DNA from: the human T2T-CHM13v2.0 reference genome, Homo sapiens
Length of the DNA: 64,000 nucleotides
NCBI RefSeq assembly: GCF_009914755.1
Contig: NC_060929.1
Strand: one strand, 5' to 3'
The notes below the pieces were generated by a model, which saw nothing but the letters and a program-made list of their open reading frames with translations, did not search any database and was not told the DNA's origin. Positions 46,636-59,935 of the stretch are shown piece after piece. Positions within the stretch are counted from its first letter, which is position 1, and the number at the start of each line of letters is the position of its first letter. The position numbers and the translations under genes were made by a program.

Positions 46636-47849
46636 AAAAATAGTTACATAGATCAGAACAGAATAGAGAACCTAGAAAGAAAGCCAAATACTTAAAACCA
46701 ATTGATCTTTGACAAAGCATACAGAAACATAAGTTGGGGAAAGGACACCCTATTCAGTAAATGGTGCTGGGAAAACTGGATAGCCACATGTAGAAGAATG
46801 AAACTGGATTGCTGTCTCTCACCATACCAAAAATTAATTCAAAATGGATTAAGATTTAAATCTTAAGACCTGAAACCATAAAAATTCTAGAAGAAAACCT
46901 AGGAAAAACTCTTCTGGATATTGGCCTAGGCAAAGAAATTATAACTAATATCCCAAAAGCAAATGCAATAAAAATAAAAATCAATAAATGGGACCTAATT
47001 AAATGAAAAAACCTTCTGCACAACAAAAGAAATAATCATCAGAGTAAACACACACCCCACAGAATGGGACAAAATATTTGCAAAGTATGCTTTCAACAAA
47101 GGACTAACATCCAGAATCTATAAGGAACTCAAACAAATCAGCAAGGAAAAACACAAATAATTCATCAAAATGTGAGTAAATGACATGAATAGACATTTCT
47201 CAAAAGAAGACATCCAAATGGCCAATAAACATGTGAAGGAAAATACTCAACATCACATATCACCAAGGAAATGCAAATTAAAGCCACAATGAGATGCCTC
47301 CTTACCCCAGCCAGAATGACCATTATTAAAAAATCAAAAAACAACAGATATTGGTATGGATGTGGTGAAAAGGGAATACTTATACACTGCTGATGGAAAT
47401 GTAAATTAGTACAATCTCTGTGGTAAACAGTGTGGAGATTTTTCAAAGAACTAAAAGTAGATCTACCATTTAATCCATCAATCCCACTGTTGGGTATCTA
47501 CCCACAGAGAAAGAAGTTGCTATATTAAAAAGACACATGCCTGTGTCTGTTTGTCACAGCACAATTCATAGTTGTAATAATATGGAACCAGCCTAAGTGC
47601 CCATCAACTGATGAGTGGATAAAGAAAATGTGGTATATATAAACCATGGAATACTACTTAACCATAAAAAAGAATGAAATAATGTCCTTTGCAACAGTTT
47701 GGATGGAGCTAGAGGCCATTATTCTAAGTGAAGTAACTCAGGGATAGAAAACTAAATACAGTATTTCTTATAAGTGGGAGCTAAGCTATGGGTATGCAAA
47801 GGCATAAAGAGTGGGATAATGGACATTGGAGACTCATGCTACTTTATAT

Positions 47850-48715
47850 TAGTATCCATCCCATCCCTGTCAGCTAGCATCCACTGATCTTTTCTCTATC
47901 TCTATAGTTGTATCATTTGGAGAATGGTATATAAATTTAACCTTACAGTATTTAACCATTTGAGGTTGGCATTTTCACTAAGCAAAATAGCCTGGAGATC
48001 TATCCAGGTTGTTTATTATACAAGTTTATTCTTTTTATTGCTGAGTGGTATTCCATTGTATGAATGTATCAGAGTTTAACTATTCACCCATTGAAGGACA
48101 TTGGGTTGTTTTCAATCTCGGCAGCTGCAAATAAAACTGCTGTGAACATTCATGAACAGGTTTTTGTGTGAACATAAATTTTCATGTCAGATGAATGCCA
48201 AAGAGTGTGACAGCTGGGTCATATGGCAAATGCATGTTTACTTTTAAGAGAAACTGCTAAGTTATTTTCCAGAGTGGTTGTACCATTTTACATTCTACCA
48301 GTAGTGTATGAGTGATAAAGTTTCTCCTCATCTTACCCAGTATTTGGTATTATCACCTTTTTTTATTTTAGCCATTCTGATAGATGTGTAATGATCTATC
48401 ATTGTGGTTTTAATTTGCATTTTCCTAATAGCTAATGTTGTTGAACTTGTTTTCATGTGCTTATTTGTTATTCCTATTTCATTCTTGGTAAAATGTCTCT
48501 TCATATCTTTTGCCCATTTTCTAATTGGATCATTTGTTTATTTTGCTTTTGTGATTTGAGAGTTCTTTATATTCTAGATAAAATTCCTTGTTGGGTATGT
48601 GGTTTGCAACTGTTTTCTCTAGTCTGAACACTGTTCTTTCATCTTCTTAACAGGGCTTTCACAGAGCAAAAGTTTTAATTTTTGATAAAATGAAGTTTAT
48701 CAAATTTTCCTTTAG
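47850..48715 (-). mobile_element. Old L1M (L1MB/MC-type) ORF2 end and 3'UTR fragment
   Basis: AGAGTGGTTGTACCATTTTACATTC...CATTGTGGTTTTAATTTGCATTTTCCTAAT. Confidence 0.85.
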
Positions 48716-49479
48716 GGTTTTATTGACTTTTAAATGCTCATATATTGAGGAAATTAGTTCTATGACTGTCAGATGTATTGGAAATATTTTTCCAATTTAT
48801 GTTACTTTGTTTCATATAAAAATTATTCTTTCTGTTGCATAAATCATCATCATTTTAATGTATTACTTGTTTTGTGCTATGATTTTCCTAAACCTTCTCC
48901 TTCTTAAAATTTTCTTCTCCTTTGGCTTCTGTAATATGCACCCAGATTTTGTTCAGCTGCCCCAAAATCTAAGACTTTACAAAAACATTTCAGTTATTGA
49001 CATCTTAATACAAACTTTTTTTTTTGCTCTACATTTTTTTTCCAACCGATCTCACAACTTTATCTGCCACTTCTAGCTTTGACTTGTATTTCTAACTCCA
49101 GACTGATGGGACATTTACATATGATTATCCTTCTAACACCTCAAAGTCAAATGTCCCCTCAAAAAATTATTTTTCTCTCCCCTTTGGTTATGATTATCCA
49201 ATCGTCCTAGGTAAGAAACTGTAGCATCATGCTAACCTTTTATATTTGTCTTATAAACACATCAGTAGTCACAAATTCCTACTAGTTTTATTTTAGAAAA
49301 TCTTCTCCATGGTTCAGATGTCAGTCGTCACTAATTTGAGATGTTATAGTTGCCTTCTAAACAGTGTTCTGGTGTTCTCTTTCAGCCGATTATATTCATT
49401 ATCATCAGTGTTGTCTCTCTGGGACATAGTCCAAATATGTCATTCTCCTGCTCATAATCCTACAATAAAAGAGGAAAGT

Positions 49480-49700
49480 AAAAGGATATAATATTAAAGA
49501 TAAAAATTATATGGAACTGTGGGTAGATAAGAGAATAAAAATTTTATAGAAGTATATTATTTGCAACTCTATGACAATATATTAAAAAATCTGGAAGAAA
49601 TGGATGCTTTCCTAGAAAAATATAAATTATCAAAATGGAATAAATAGAAAACCTGAATAGATCAGTAATCATGGAAGAAATGGAGAAGATAGACCATTTG
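49480..49700 (+). mobile_element. Old L1 ORF2 fragment
   Basis: AATCTGGAAGAAATGGATGCTTTCCTAGAAAAATAT (NLEEMDAFLEKY). Confidence 0.7.
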
Positions 49701-50002
49701 CAGAGGGACCAGGCCTAGTCTTATTTGCTATAGAGGGAAAAGAAATGAATACAAACTTTCAACCTACAGTAAATTTACAGCCTACTAAATAGGTTTCAAA
49801 ACCAACATAAACAGGTTCCACTTAATAGATTGGGCCAGGCAAAGCAAGGGAGTGAGACTGGGCAATTTCATTCTTGTTTCTTTCGAATTAATGACCTTTT
49901 AAATTTTTTTCCAAACAAAATCCTTTGCGTATAGAAACATCAAACAGAAACAGAGTGTTTGTGGGGGTAGATTTTTTTTTTCCTCATTTTTGTACTCTAG
50001 AA

Positions 50003-50019
50003 GCCTCCAGATGGCAGCA
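50003..50019 (+). promoter_or_regulatory. CTCF-like motif
   Basis: GCCTCCAGATGGCAGCA versus consensus CC(A/G)(C/G)(C/T)AG(A/G)(G/T)GGC(A/G), one non-preferred base. Confidence 0.45.
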
Positions 50020-50152
50020 TTTTACTTTGGAAGATGTTCAGTGCTTGCAGTTCATCTCCTGCTTTTTAATTCATAACGGCACCTGAGTCAGGCTGTCAAC
50101 AGGCGGAGGGGACGGGAGACAAGGTGGTAGATGTGTTTCAAGATATTCTTAC

Positions 50153-50224
50153 CTTTCACACTCTTCTCTGATTTACCATCCACAGAGATCCTCCGTAAAT
50201 TGGCAGTTGAGGTAAGCACTTTCC
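50153..50224 (-). CDS. Candidate 72-nt internal coding exon of an unidentified host gene (KVLTSTANLRRISVDGKSEKSVK)
   Basis: Minus: tttttatattgactgtag|GGAAAG...GTGAAAG|gtaaga; ~33-nt AG-free zone before acceptor; 72 nt, phase 1-1, open frame; unique-sequence island. Confidence 0.6.
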
Positions 50225-50396
50225 CTACAGTCAATATAAAAACAGGCATTTTATTCCAGCTGCCTTTGTACCACCCCACAAAAATTAAACAGCTGATTTT
50301 TGTCTTCCTGACATACCATTTGCACAAAAACAATTTTTGTTTTTCATCCTGAAAATTAGGTAGTAAAGAGTCAATGTTACAAAATTGCAATAACAT

Positions 50397-51340
<944 letters not shown>

Positions 51341-53084
51341 GCAAAGTTCAGTCCTAATGTGTCTATACCATCTCTTTTGACATGCTGTATGGCAGATACT
51401 TGGAAAATAGCAGCCCAGCCCTGATTAAGTGGTCTTATTGATGCTAGCTCATTAAATTTCTCAGATACCCATGATCCTATACTTTTATTTCTTAAACAGA
51501 CACTTAATTTTTAAAAGTCTCCCCAAAGTTGTCACTGAAACAAAAGTGGCGAGATAAATGTTAGAGATTACATATCTTTAGCATTTATGTAATTGAAAAC
51601 ACATTGAAATCAGCATCAGATTATTCTATATAGATTTGTGGAACTAATTCTTAAATAAAGTATATTTTACTGAGAAGTAAGTTACCAAAAAGAACTTGTC
51701 ACCTGTATCAAAAGAGTTGTTTGCCTTGCTAATCATGGATAATATTTTGCCTGCAAAACAATTCTGAAGCATAGAATATTCAGGCTGCACAGAGAAGAGT
51801 GTAAATAATTAACATGTAAATTCAATTATGGCTGTGTCCCCATTACAGTTCTTTTTATGGTAATAGCAGTATACTGTGTCCTCAATTTATAAGTGGAATT
51901 GCATCCAGATATAAGTATGTGGAAAAAGAAGTTCTGAAAATTTCTTGTAAATAAAAAGCAATTTATTAAATACTATTCCCATCTGTATGGATCTAGTTAT
52001 ACTCGCAATATTTCAGTTTTGTAACTACATAGAATCCCAAAATTAAAACATAATAATTTAAGTAATATTATATTCTAAAAGATAGTAGAATAATTTTGTA
52101 AATTCTTCTTTAGTAACAATAAACAATCTTTAAGCTGAAATATATTAAATACCTTCTTCAAAGTGGAATTGAGGACTTAATTTTTCATATTACCTTACTG
52201 AGTGTTCCTATCTGTCATTTTTCTAAGTGCTATTACCTTAATTTGTATTTTTTATTTTAAAAAATTATTTTGATGATTTTGTTCATGCTTATCATATAAC
52301 TAATAATAGCTTTAATCTATTAAGAGTTTACAATGTGATAGGCATTGTACTAAGCACATTCAAATTACTTGATTAATACTCATAGGTTAGTCTGAGAATC
52401 CAGTTATAATTTATAATAAATTTTCAATGTAAAAATGAGCTCCAATTTTAAAAGCACTGACTTACAAATGAAGTATCTTAACACAATGTGTTTATAAGTA
52501 GAGAACTGTCTGAACTGAGTGACTGCAAATTTCAATGAATGAAAACCTATGCAGCATGAGAAATTGAATCAAATAAGAACAACGTGTGCAGGAGACTGCT
52601 GGAGCTCTTTCATGTCTTATCTTCATGCAGCATTCTTTGCATTTAAAGATACTACTGATGACAGTATTGCTTTCTGAGTATTTGCAAGGCTACAAAGGCT
52701 GATGCATGCGTGACTTGCAGTTACTTTCACAATAAGCATTATCCATGTGAATTCGGTCTGTGGATTGTTGTGTGACAAAGTTGTTTGGCAGCAATATCTC
52801 TACCCTCTGTGTTAAAGGTTGTCTTTGCCCAAATAGCCACATCATCTCTTATTGCCATAGCCTCTAAGTTTTCTGCTGCTATTATTGTGTCTATACAATC
52901 TGCACTGATATGATTCAGTGAGACCTTGTTAGTATTCTTTGGCTTACTCTCGCCTTGACGCACCACAGATTAGTTCACCATAGGGAAGTCATGGTGATGG
53001 AGATTCCCCAAATCTCCTCAAAGTCACATGACAAGGTGGCAACTTCTTCTTCTGGCATGCCAAAATGGATATAATGGTCATCTG

Positions 53085-53609
53085 TGGTTTACCCCTGCTT
53101 AGCATCTGTTTCCTTACATCGAGGTAAAATCAACTCCTTTGGGGATTGACCCTCCTCCGCTGATTCAGTTGAGGCCCATGATACTACTGGGGCTAAACCA
53201 CGCTCTGGAGCCAGTGACTGGTACATGACAGTTGAGTATAATGTATGCCTTGAGTATAAAGACTAGTTAAAGAGTAGGCCTGTGACCTAAGCAGGGCAGT
53301 TACAGCCATGAACATAACTTTAAGACTTTCTGCTGGAACCACTGGGAAAGAAAACTGTCTTTTGTTTTTTGTGGTAGCTAAGCCTAGACTTGCTGGTAGA
53401 CATTTTGACACCACTTGAGGTTAGCCTAAGAATGAAGGCAACATGGCGGAAAGCCAAGCTGGGAAGTGAAGAACATACAAACTACATTGTTTGAGCACCT
53501 AGATCTAGCTTCACTTGAGGCCAGCAATAAACCCTTCACTTTTTAGATTAGTTTAAGTTAATTGGATAGGGTTATATCCTTTGCAACCAAAAGAATCTTG
53601 AATAATTCA
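53085..53609 (+). mobile_element. MLT1 (J/K-like) LTR
   Basis: CATTGTTTGAGCACCTAGATC...TTGCAACCAAAAGAATCTTGAATAATTCA. Confidence 0.6.
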
Positions 53610-54009
53610 GTAGGCATGACCACAAACTAAATCTCAAGGGCAGTTATGTACCTATACATGCCTTCCCATGTATAGGTAAATAGTCACATTGAAATATAGT
53701 ATAGTAAATAGTCATATTGAATACCTCTGTTAATAATGAAGAGTGGGCCATGAAATCAATTGCTGGCATATCCCTGAAGATCAGAAAGTGAAATGCAGAT
53801 TGCTGGTGCTGTATTTTGGAGTTCTACATTTCTGTCCTTTAACCTTTTCATAAAACTGGAGTAGTGGAGAGTGCTGATTAGGGGAAATGCTCATGCTACA
53901 TCATGATGTCGGCTCTAGTCTTAAAGCAAATCTTACTAGTTGGTTGACAGGTACCATAATTAATAAATAGATGGGGAAATCCCAGGTGAGGTATGAAATT
54001 GCTCTCATG

Positions 54010-54225
54010 TGATGGACATACTTTTGAATTTAGGCTCTGCTTTCTAGCTTTGTGATTGTGGCCAAGTTACTTAACATTTCAGCCATGGTTGCCTCATATT
54101 TAAAGTAGGAATAATAATAGTCCTGCCTAATAGGGCTTTAAAAAAAATTAAACAGGTTGATTTGGGGAACGAGCTTAGAACAATGTCTGGGCATAATAAG
54201 TACTCAAAATGCATTGATTATATTA
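54010..54225 (+). mobile_element. MIR
   Basis: CAAGTTACTTAAC...AATAATAATAGT...GCTTAGAACAATGTCTGG...AAGTACTCAA. Confidence 0.8.
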
Positions 54226-54555
54226 TTTCTCATTAATTTTAGACATCACGACATTGCCCCAGAGAGGAACCCAGGATTCTCACACCATGACACCATCCCC
54301 ATCTGTTTCTCCAGCCACATTTGGACATGGATCTGGCAGCCTAAGGTACAAATGCAAGATTCTATACTAGACCTTAGAAGGTTGTCAGTTTTTTGTGGGT
54401 TAGTAGTTAATATAGAAAAACAACAAAGTATGACTGCTATATCAGGATTATATTCAGCCTTGAAGCAATTTCTATTTTTATATGTTCACTTAGACCAGTT
54501 TGTATGCTGCGAAATCAATGAGAAGAGAATTGTGTTGGCAAGAAATGTGCCTGGT

Positions 54556-54597
54556 GAATGAATGAAAGAAAGAAAGAAAAAAAGAAAGAAAGAAGGA

Positions 54598-54656
<59 letters not shown>

Positions 54657-54685
54657 GAGGGAGGGCGGGAGGGAGGGAGGGAAGA
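54556..54685. repeat. (GAAT)-(GAAA)n-(GGGA)n compound microsatellite
   Basis: Long GAAA tetranucleotide run grading into GGGA. Confidence 0.97.
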
Positions 54686-56739
54686 AACAAAGAGATGTTT
54701 TCTTAAACTACATATGCCTTTAAACATTTTTATTTAGAATTTTTTATTTCCCTGCAAATATGTGATTATAACATTACAAGGAAGACATTGTAGCTGTACA
54801 ATAGCCTTCATTCAGCTCTCTTGAAGCAAATATTAAACATGTCTAGTGTAAGTAAAACCACATGTTATAATGGGGAACTATTATAAGAAAAAGGATGTAA
54901 CATTTGAAATTGGTGAGAAAATCAGAGAAAGGTTGCCCTTTTTGGCATATTTTTAAGCTATCTCCTTTAGATAGTATAGTACAATATGAATTTCTGTTAC
55001 AGGAACAAAGTTATTAGAGAGTGAAAATGGTGCATTATAATAATGTAATGAAGATTTTTTTACTGAGATAATTGATCTCAGTTTCAAGTAAATAGTTACC
55101 CACATCTCCCAATTTAAGGCTGCATTGAATACTTTTTCTGCCTCCTTTTTTATTGTCATTCTGTCAGCTATCACATATTACAACTGTCAGATGCCTGTGT
55201 CTAGAAGCTACCCATTTTAATTTCTTGCTTCTAATCTGCAGTGAAGAGGGAAATTAGATTTTCCCTAAAACTAGAGTAAATAAGCTTTAAGTGAAAGTCT
55301 GAGAGTTTTCTAATGGTTAGTTGGGTGACCTTAGTGTGTGGTTTTGTGATTTTTTTTCCCCACTGAATACTCAAGGCTGCTTTTTGCTTACTTCTGGTTT
55401 TCTCAGCCATGTCTAGATGAGGATATGACCTTTGGTTAAGTGAAGTGCTTTTGTAACAAATTTAAATTTTCAGGGAATTTCTATGTAGCTAAGCTTTATA
55501 CCTATGCATAATTTATTTTCCTTTGTTCATGATCTTCCAATGGGGGTGTTTAATGTCAACAAGAAATAAATCTAGATTCTATGTTTTGTATTGGTTGCTC
55601 TTCCAAATTAATACTCATCCCCCCCAACCAATCCAATACAATCATTGGCCTCATCATTGTTCTCTGAATATACCTTGCTTACTCTTGCCCATATGCAATC
55701 TTTTAAACTGTTGCTTTGAGGTGAAGCACTTTTTCCTACCTCTCTTAATGTTCTCATGCTTTCTAAGCCATCTCACATTCTAGTGTTTCCATCACTCAAA
55801 GCCTGGACCACATGGATCACTTACCATTCTAATTACCTGTAACTACTTTCTCATGCATTGAGGGAGAGGGGGCTGATCAAATACTATTACTTATTGTTCT
55901 CTACTTGGGGGTATATATGCTTAGCATCTCTAAGTATGCTAGTATCTGCTCTGGGTAAATGTACCTTCTTTATGCAGCACAGAAAAGAGAAGGACGTTAT
56001 TAACACCCTTTATATTATCTTAATCAACTCGTCTTATGTCTGGTAGAAAATAGATGACATCTATTCAGTCAAGGATGAAAGAACAGCAGACAGGATGGCT
56101 AGTGATTTGAGAAAAAATGTTTGTCCTTTGTACATATCTTTGTTTCTCCTCAAACAAGCCTTCTTTGTATAAAGATGTCTGGAAATTGTCACATTACATA
56201 GGAGTGGGTAGGAAAAAGCAATTCCTTTACTACTAATGTACATCTGTGCAGGGCTTCAAAGGCAACTTGAGCTCAAAGGATTCAGTTTCATACATGATAG
56301 TTAAAGTAACAGGTCCACCTATAGATTTTAGATTAGCTCAAGCACTTTTTTCACAGAATTTCTTGTCTCAGACATGTGGTCTAGATATATGACTAATATA
56401 GCTCTCTAATTGTGAATCCTTTATAATTTCAACTTTAAAAGAACATCTTTCCATAATTCTGTTTCTCCCCCTCTCAATCTTTACGTTTTGTCAAAGGGAA
56501 TAATTTCCAATAGTTTCTTTCCTGTTTTGAAACCACTGTGATGGAAAAAAAATGGTGTATTTTTTTGTTATCTTTCAGAAGAAGTTTATTTTTATTCTAA
56601 CCATTTGTTAATGAGTCACGTAAATCCCTTGGGTTTTCTTGACCTAAATTTCAAGTCTTATAAAAAAAAATCTCACAACATGGTTAACAATTTATTAGAG
56701 ATGAATAAAATTTTTGTGAAACCCCTCAGTTCTTCCAAG

Positions 56740-59497
56740 CCCTGAGCCTAGTATAGAGAGCTGCCTGGAGTCCATGTGACTGCACATTGCTCCAGACAGA
56801 GTACGTGTGAAGAGTACCACCTCTGGTCCCTAAGCTGCTGCAAGATGGTGCCATTATGAAAGAATAGCCAACACTAGACTTCATCCTGCCCTGGGGCCCA
56901 ATAGTCCCTATACCTCCCCATCCTTGGGACCCCACCAAGATCCCCCCATATCCACCCAGAGGGTTGCAGCATCATGACGCTGTCTGGACCCAGTAGTACA
57001 GCTGTGTCCTTGGCATCTGAGCCCCTGCTACATCCTACACCCTGAGAAACAGGTGGTTGAGCACATCAAGGAGGCTGCCCCCAAAGCATAGGGAACCACA
57101 GCATCAACAAAATAAAAGACAAAAATCATATGATCATCTCAATAGAAACAAAAAAAGCATTTGAAGAATTCAATATCCCTTCATGATAAAAACTCTCAAC
57201 AAACTGACTATAGAAGAAACATGGCTCAAGATAATAAAGGTCATATATGACAAACCCACAGCTAACATCATACTGAGGGAAAATTTGAAAGCCTTTCCCC
57301 TAAGATATAGAACAAGACAAAGATGCATACTTTTACCACTTTTATTGAACATCATTTTGGAAGTCTTAGCCAGAGAAAGAAAGGGAATCCAAATTGGAAA
57401 GGAAAAAGTCAGATTATCCTTATTTGCAGATGACACGATCTTATATTTAGAAGAACCTAAAATCTCTACCAATAAACGCTTAGAAACTGATACTTGAATC
57501 AGTAAAGATGCAGAATAGAAAATCAACATACAAAAATCAGTAGTATTTCTATCTGCCAACAGTGAACAATCCGAAAAGGAAATCAAGAAAGCAATCCCAT
57601 TTATAATAGCTACAAAAAATAAAATAACTAAGAATAAACTTAACCAAAGAAGTGAAAGATTTCTACATTGAAAACTATAAAACACTGATGAAAGAAATCA
57701 AAGAAGACACAACAAAAATGAAAAGATATCTCAGCTTCATGGATTGGAATAATTAATATTGTTAAAACATCCATACTACCCAAAGTAATCTATCTACAGT
57801 TTCAATGCAATTCCTATCCAAATACTAATGACATTTTTCACAAAAATAGAGAAAACAATTTCAAAATGTGTTTGGAACCACAAAATAGCTGAATAGTTAA
57901 AGCAATCTTGAGCAAAATGAACAAAGCTAGAAGCATCAGACTACCTGACTTCAAAATATACTACAAAGATATAGTAATCAAAACAGCATGGTACTGGCAT
58001 AAAAACAGACACACAGACCAATGGAATAAAATAGAGAGCCCAGAAATAACTCCATGTGTTTACAGCCAATTCATTTTAAACAAAGACACCAAGAACATAC
58101 ACTTGGGAAAGGACAGTTTCTTCAATAAATGGTGCTGGGAAAACTGGATATCCATATGCAGAAGAATAAAACTAGATCCCTATCTCTCACCATATACAAA
58201 AATCAAATCAAAATGGATTGAAGTCCTAAATGTAAGACTCAGAACTATGAAACTATTATTAGAAGAAAACATAGGGGAAACACTTAGCACATTGCTCTGG
58301 GCAATGATTTTTTGGGGTAAGACCTCAAAAGCAAAGGCTACAAAAGCAAAAGTAGAAAAACAGGATCACATTAAGCTAAGATGCTTCTGCACAGCAAAGG
58401 AAACAATCAAAACAGTGAAGAGACAATCTACAAATGGAAGAAAATGCTTGAAAACTACTCTTCCAACAAGGGATTAATAAGCAGAATATATAGGGAAGGC
58501 AAACAACTCAAAAGCAGGAAAAATCAAATAGTCCAATTTAAAAATGGGCAATTGATCTAAATAGACATTTCACAAAACGGGACAGACAAATGTGCAACTG
58601 GTATATGAAAAAGAAATGCTCAACACATCATTAATCATCAGGGACATGAAAACCATAGTGAGATATCTCACTCTAGTTAAAGTGGCTATTATCATAAAGA
58701 CAAGAAATAGATGTTGGCAAGGATGTGGAGAAAGGGGAATGCCTGTGCAATGTTGGTAGGAATGTAAATTAGTACAGCCACTATGGAAAATCGTATGGTG
58801 GTTCCTCAAAAAACTAAAACTAGAACAACCATATGATCCAGCAAACCTGCTACTGGGTATATATCCAAAAGAAAGGATATTAGTATTTTGAAGAGATATC
58901 TGCATTCCCATGATTATCATAGCAGTGTTCATGTTAGCCAAAATATGGAATTTACCTAAGTGTCTATCAGTGGGTGAATGGATAAAGAACATGTGGTATA
59001 CGTATAAAGTAGATTACCATTGAGCCATACAAAAAAATGAAATTCTATCATTTGCAACAACATGGATGAGCCTGGATGCATCATGTTATTTGTAATTAGC
59101 CAGGCACAGAAAGACAAATATCACATGTTCACACTTTTTTTTTTTTTTTTTTTAGCATAAAGAACAAAACTTTTCTGGAATCTAAAATGAAAGTTGATCT
59201 CATGGAGGTAGATAGTAGAATGGTGGTTATTAGAGGCTGAGAGGGGTTTGGTTAATGGATACAAAAATACTGTTAGAAGGAAAGTTTCTAGTGTTCAAAA
59301 GCATAGTAGGGTGATTTTAGTTATCAATAATTTATATTTCAAAATAGAAGATTTAGAATATTTTCAGCACAAATAAATGATAAATGTTTAAGGTGATGGA
59401 TACGTCAATTACCCTCATTTGATCATTACACATTATTCATGTATCAAAAATCACATGTTCCCCATAAATATGTACAATGATTATGTATCAATAAAAA
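56740..59497 (+). mobile_element. L1MA-type element: 5'UTR-like piece joined to the 3' half of ORF2 and 3'UTR
   Basis: GC-richer segment 56740-57102, then ORF2 ([19 protein letters not shown]); 3' end TATGTATCAATAAAAAA. Confidence 0.85.
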
Positions 59498-59611
59498 AGT
59501 AGCAGACTGACAAAAAATCCTTCCTGAAAGTAAAATGTATATCATTAATTGAGTAAACCATGAGCGTCCCGACTTACTAGTTCATAGAATGCAGTAAAAT
59601 ATTCAAAGGTA

Positions 59612-59886
59612 GGCCAGGCGCAGTGGCTTACACCTGTAATCCCAGCATTTTGTGAGGCTGAGGCAGGGAGATAACATGGTCAGGAGTTCGAGACCAGCCT
59701 GACCAACATGGTGAAACCCCATCTCTACTGAAAATACAAAAATTAACCAGGCATGGTGGCACTTGCCTGTAATCCCAGCTACTCAGGAGGCTGAGGCAGG
59801 AGAATCGCTTGAACCTGGGAGGCGGAGGTTGCGGTAAGCCGAGATCACGCCACTGCACTCCAGCCTGGGCGATAGAGTGAAACCCG
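59612..59886 (+). mobile_element. AluS lacking its terminal bases and A tail, fused to L1
   Basis: GGCCAGGCGCAGTGG...CCAGCCTGGGCGATAGAGTGAAACCCG directly followed by L1 sequence. Confidence 0.95.
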
Positions 59887-59935
59887 ATCTGTACATCACC
59901 ATCATCAAAGACCAAAGGTAGATAAAACCACAAAG

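Larger units (their letters stand above)
40617..47836 (+). mobile_element. Near full-length L1PB-type element, 3' terminus missing, two Alu insertions
   Basis: 5'UTR CAAGATGGTGGATTGGAGGCATTG; ORF1 YKGKPIRLTADFS; ORF2 MDKFLETYNPP; stops at GGACATTGGAGACTCA without poly(A). Confidence 0.93.

Noticed and set aside
50088-50396. Whole 102-aa minus ORF as a single-exon gene
   Set aside because: Non-ATG start, and only the splice-bounded 72 nt look coding
54490-54727. FFLS-repeat membrane-like ORFs
   Set aside because: Translation of the (TTTC)n microsatellite
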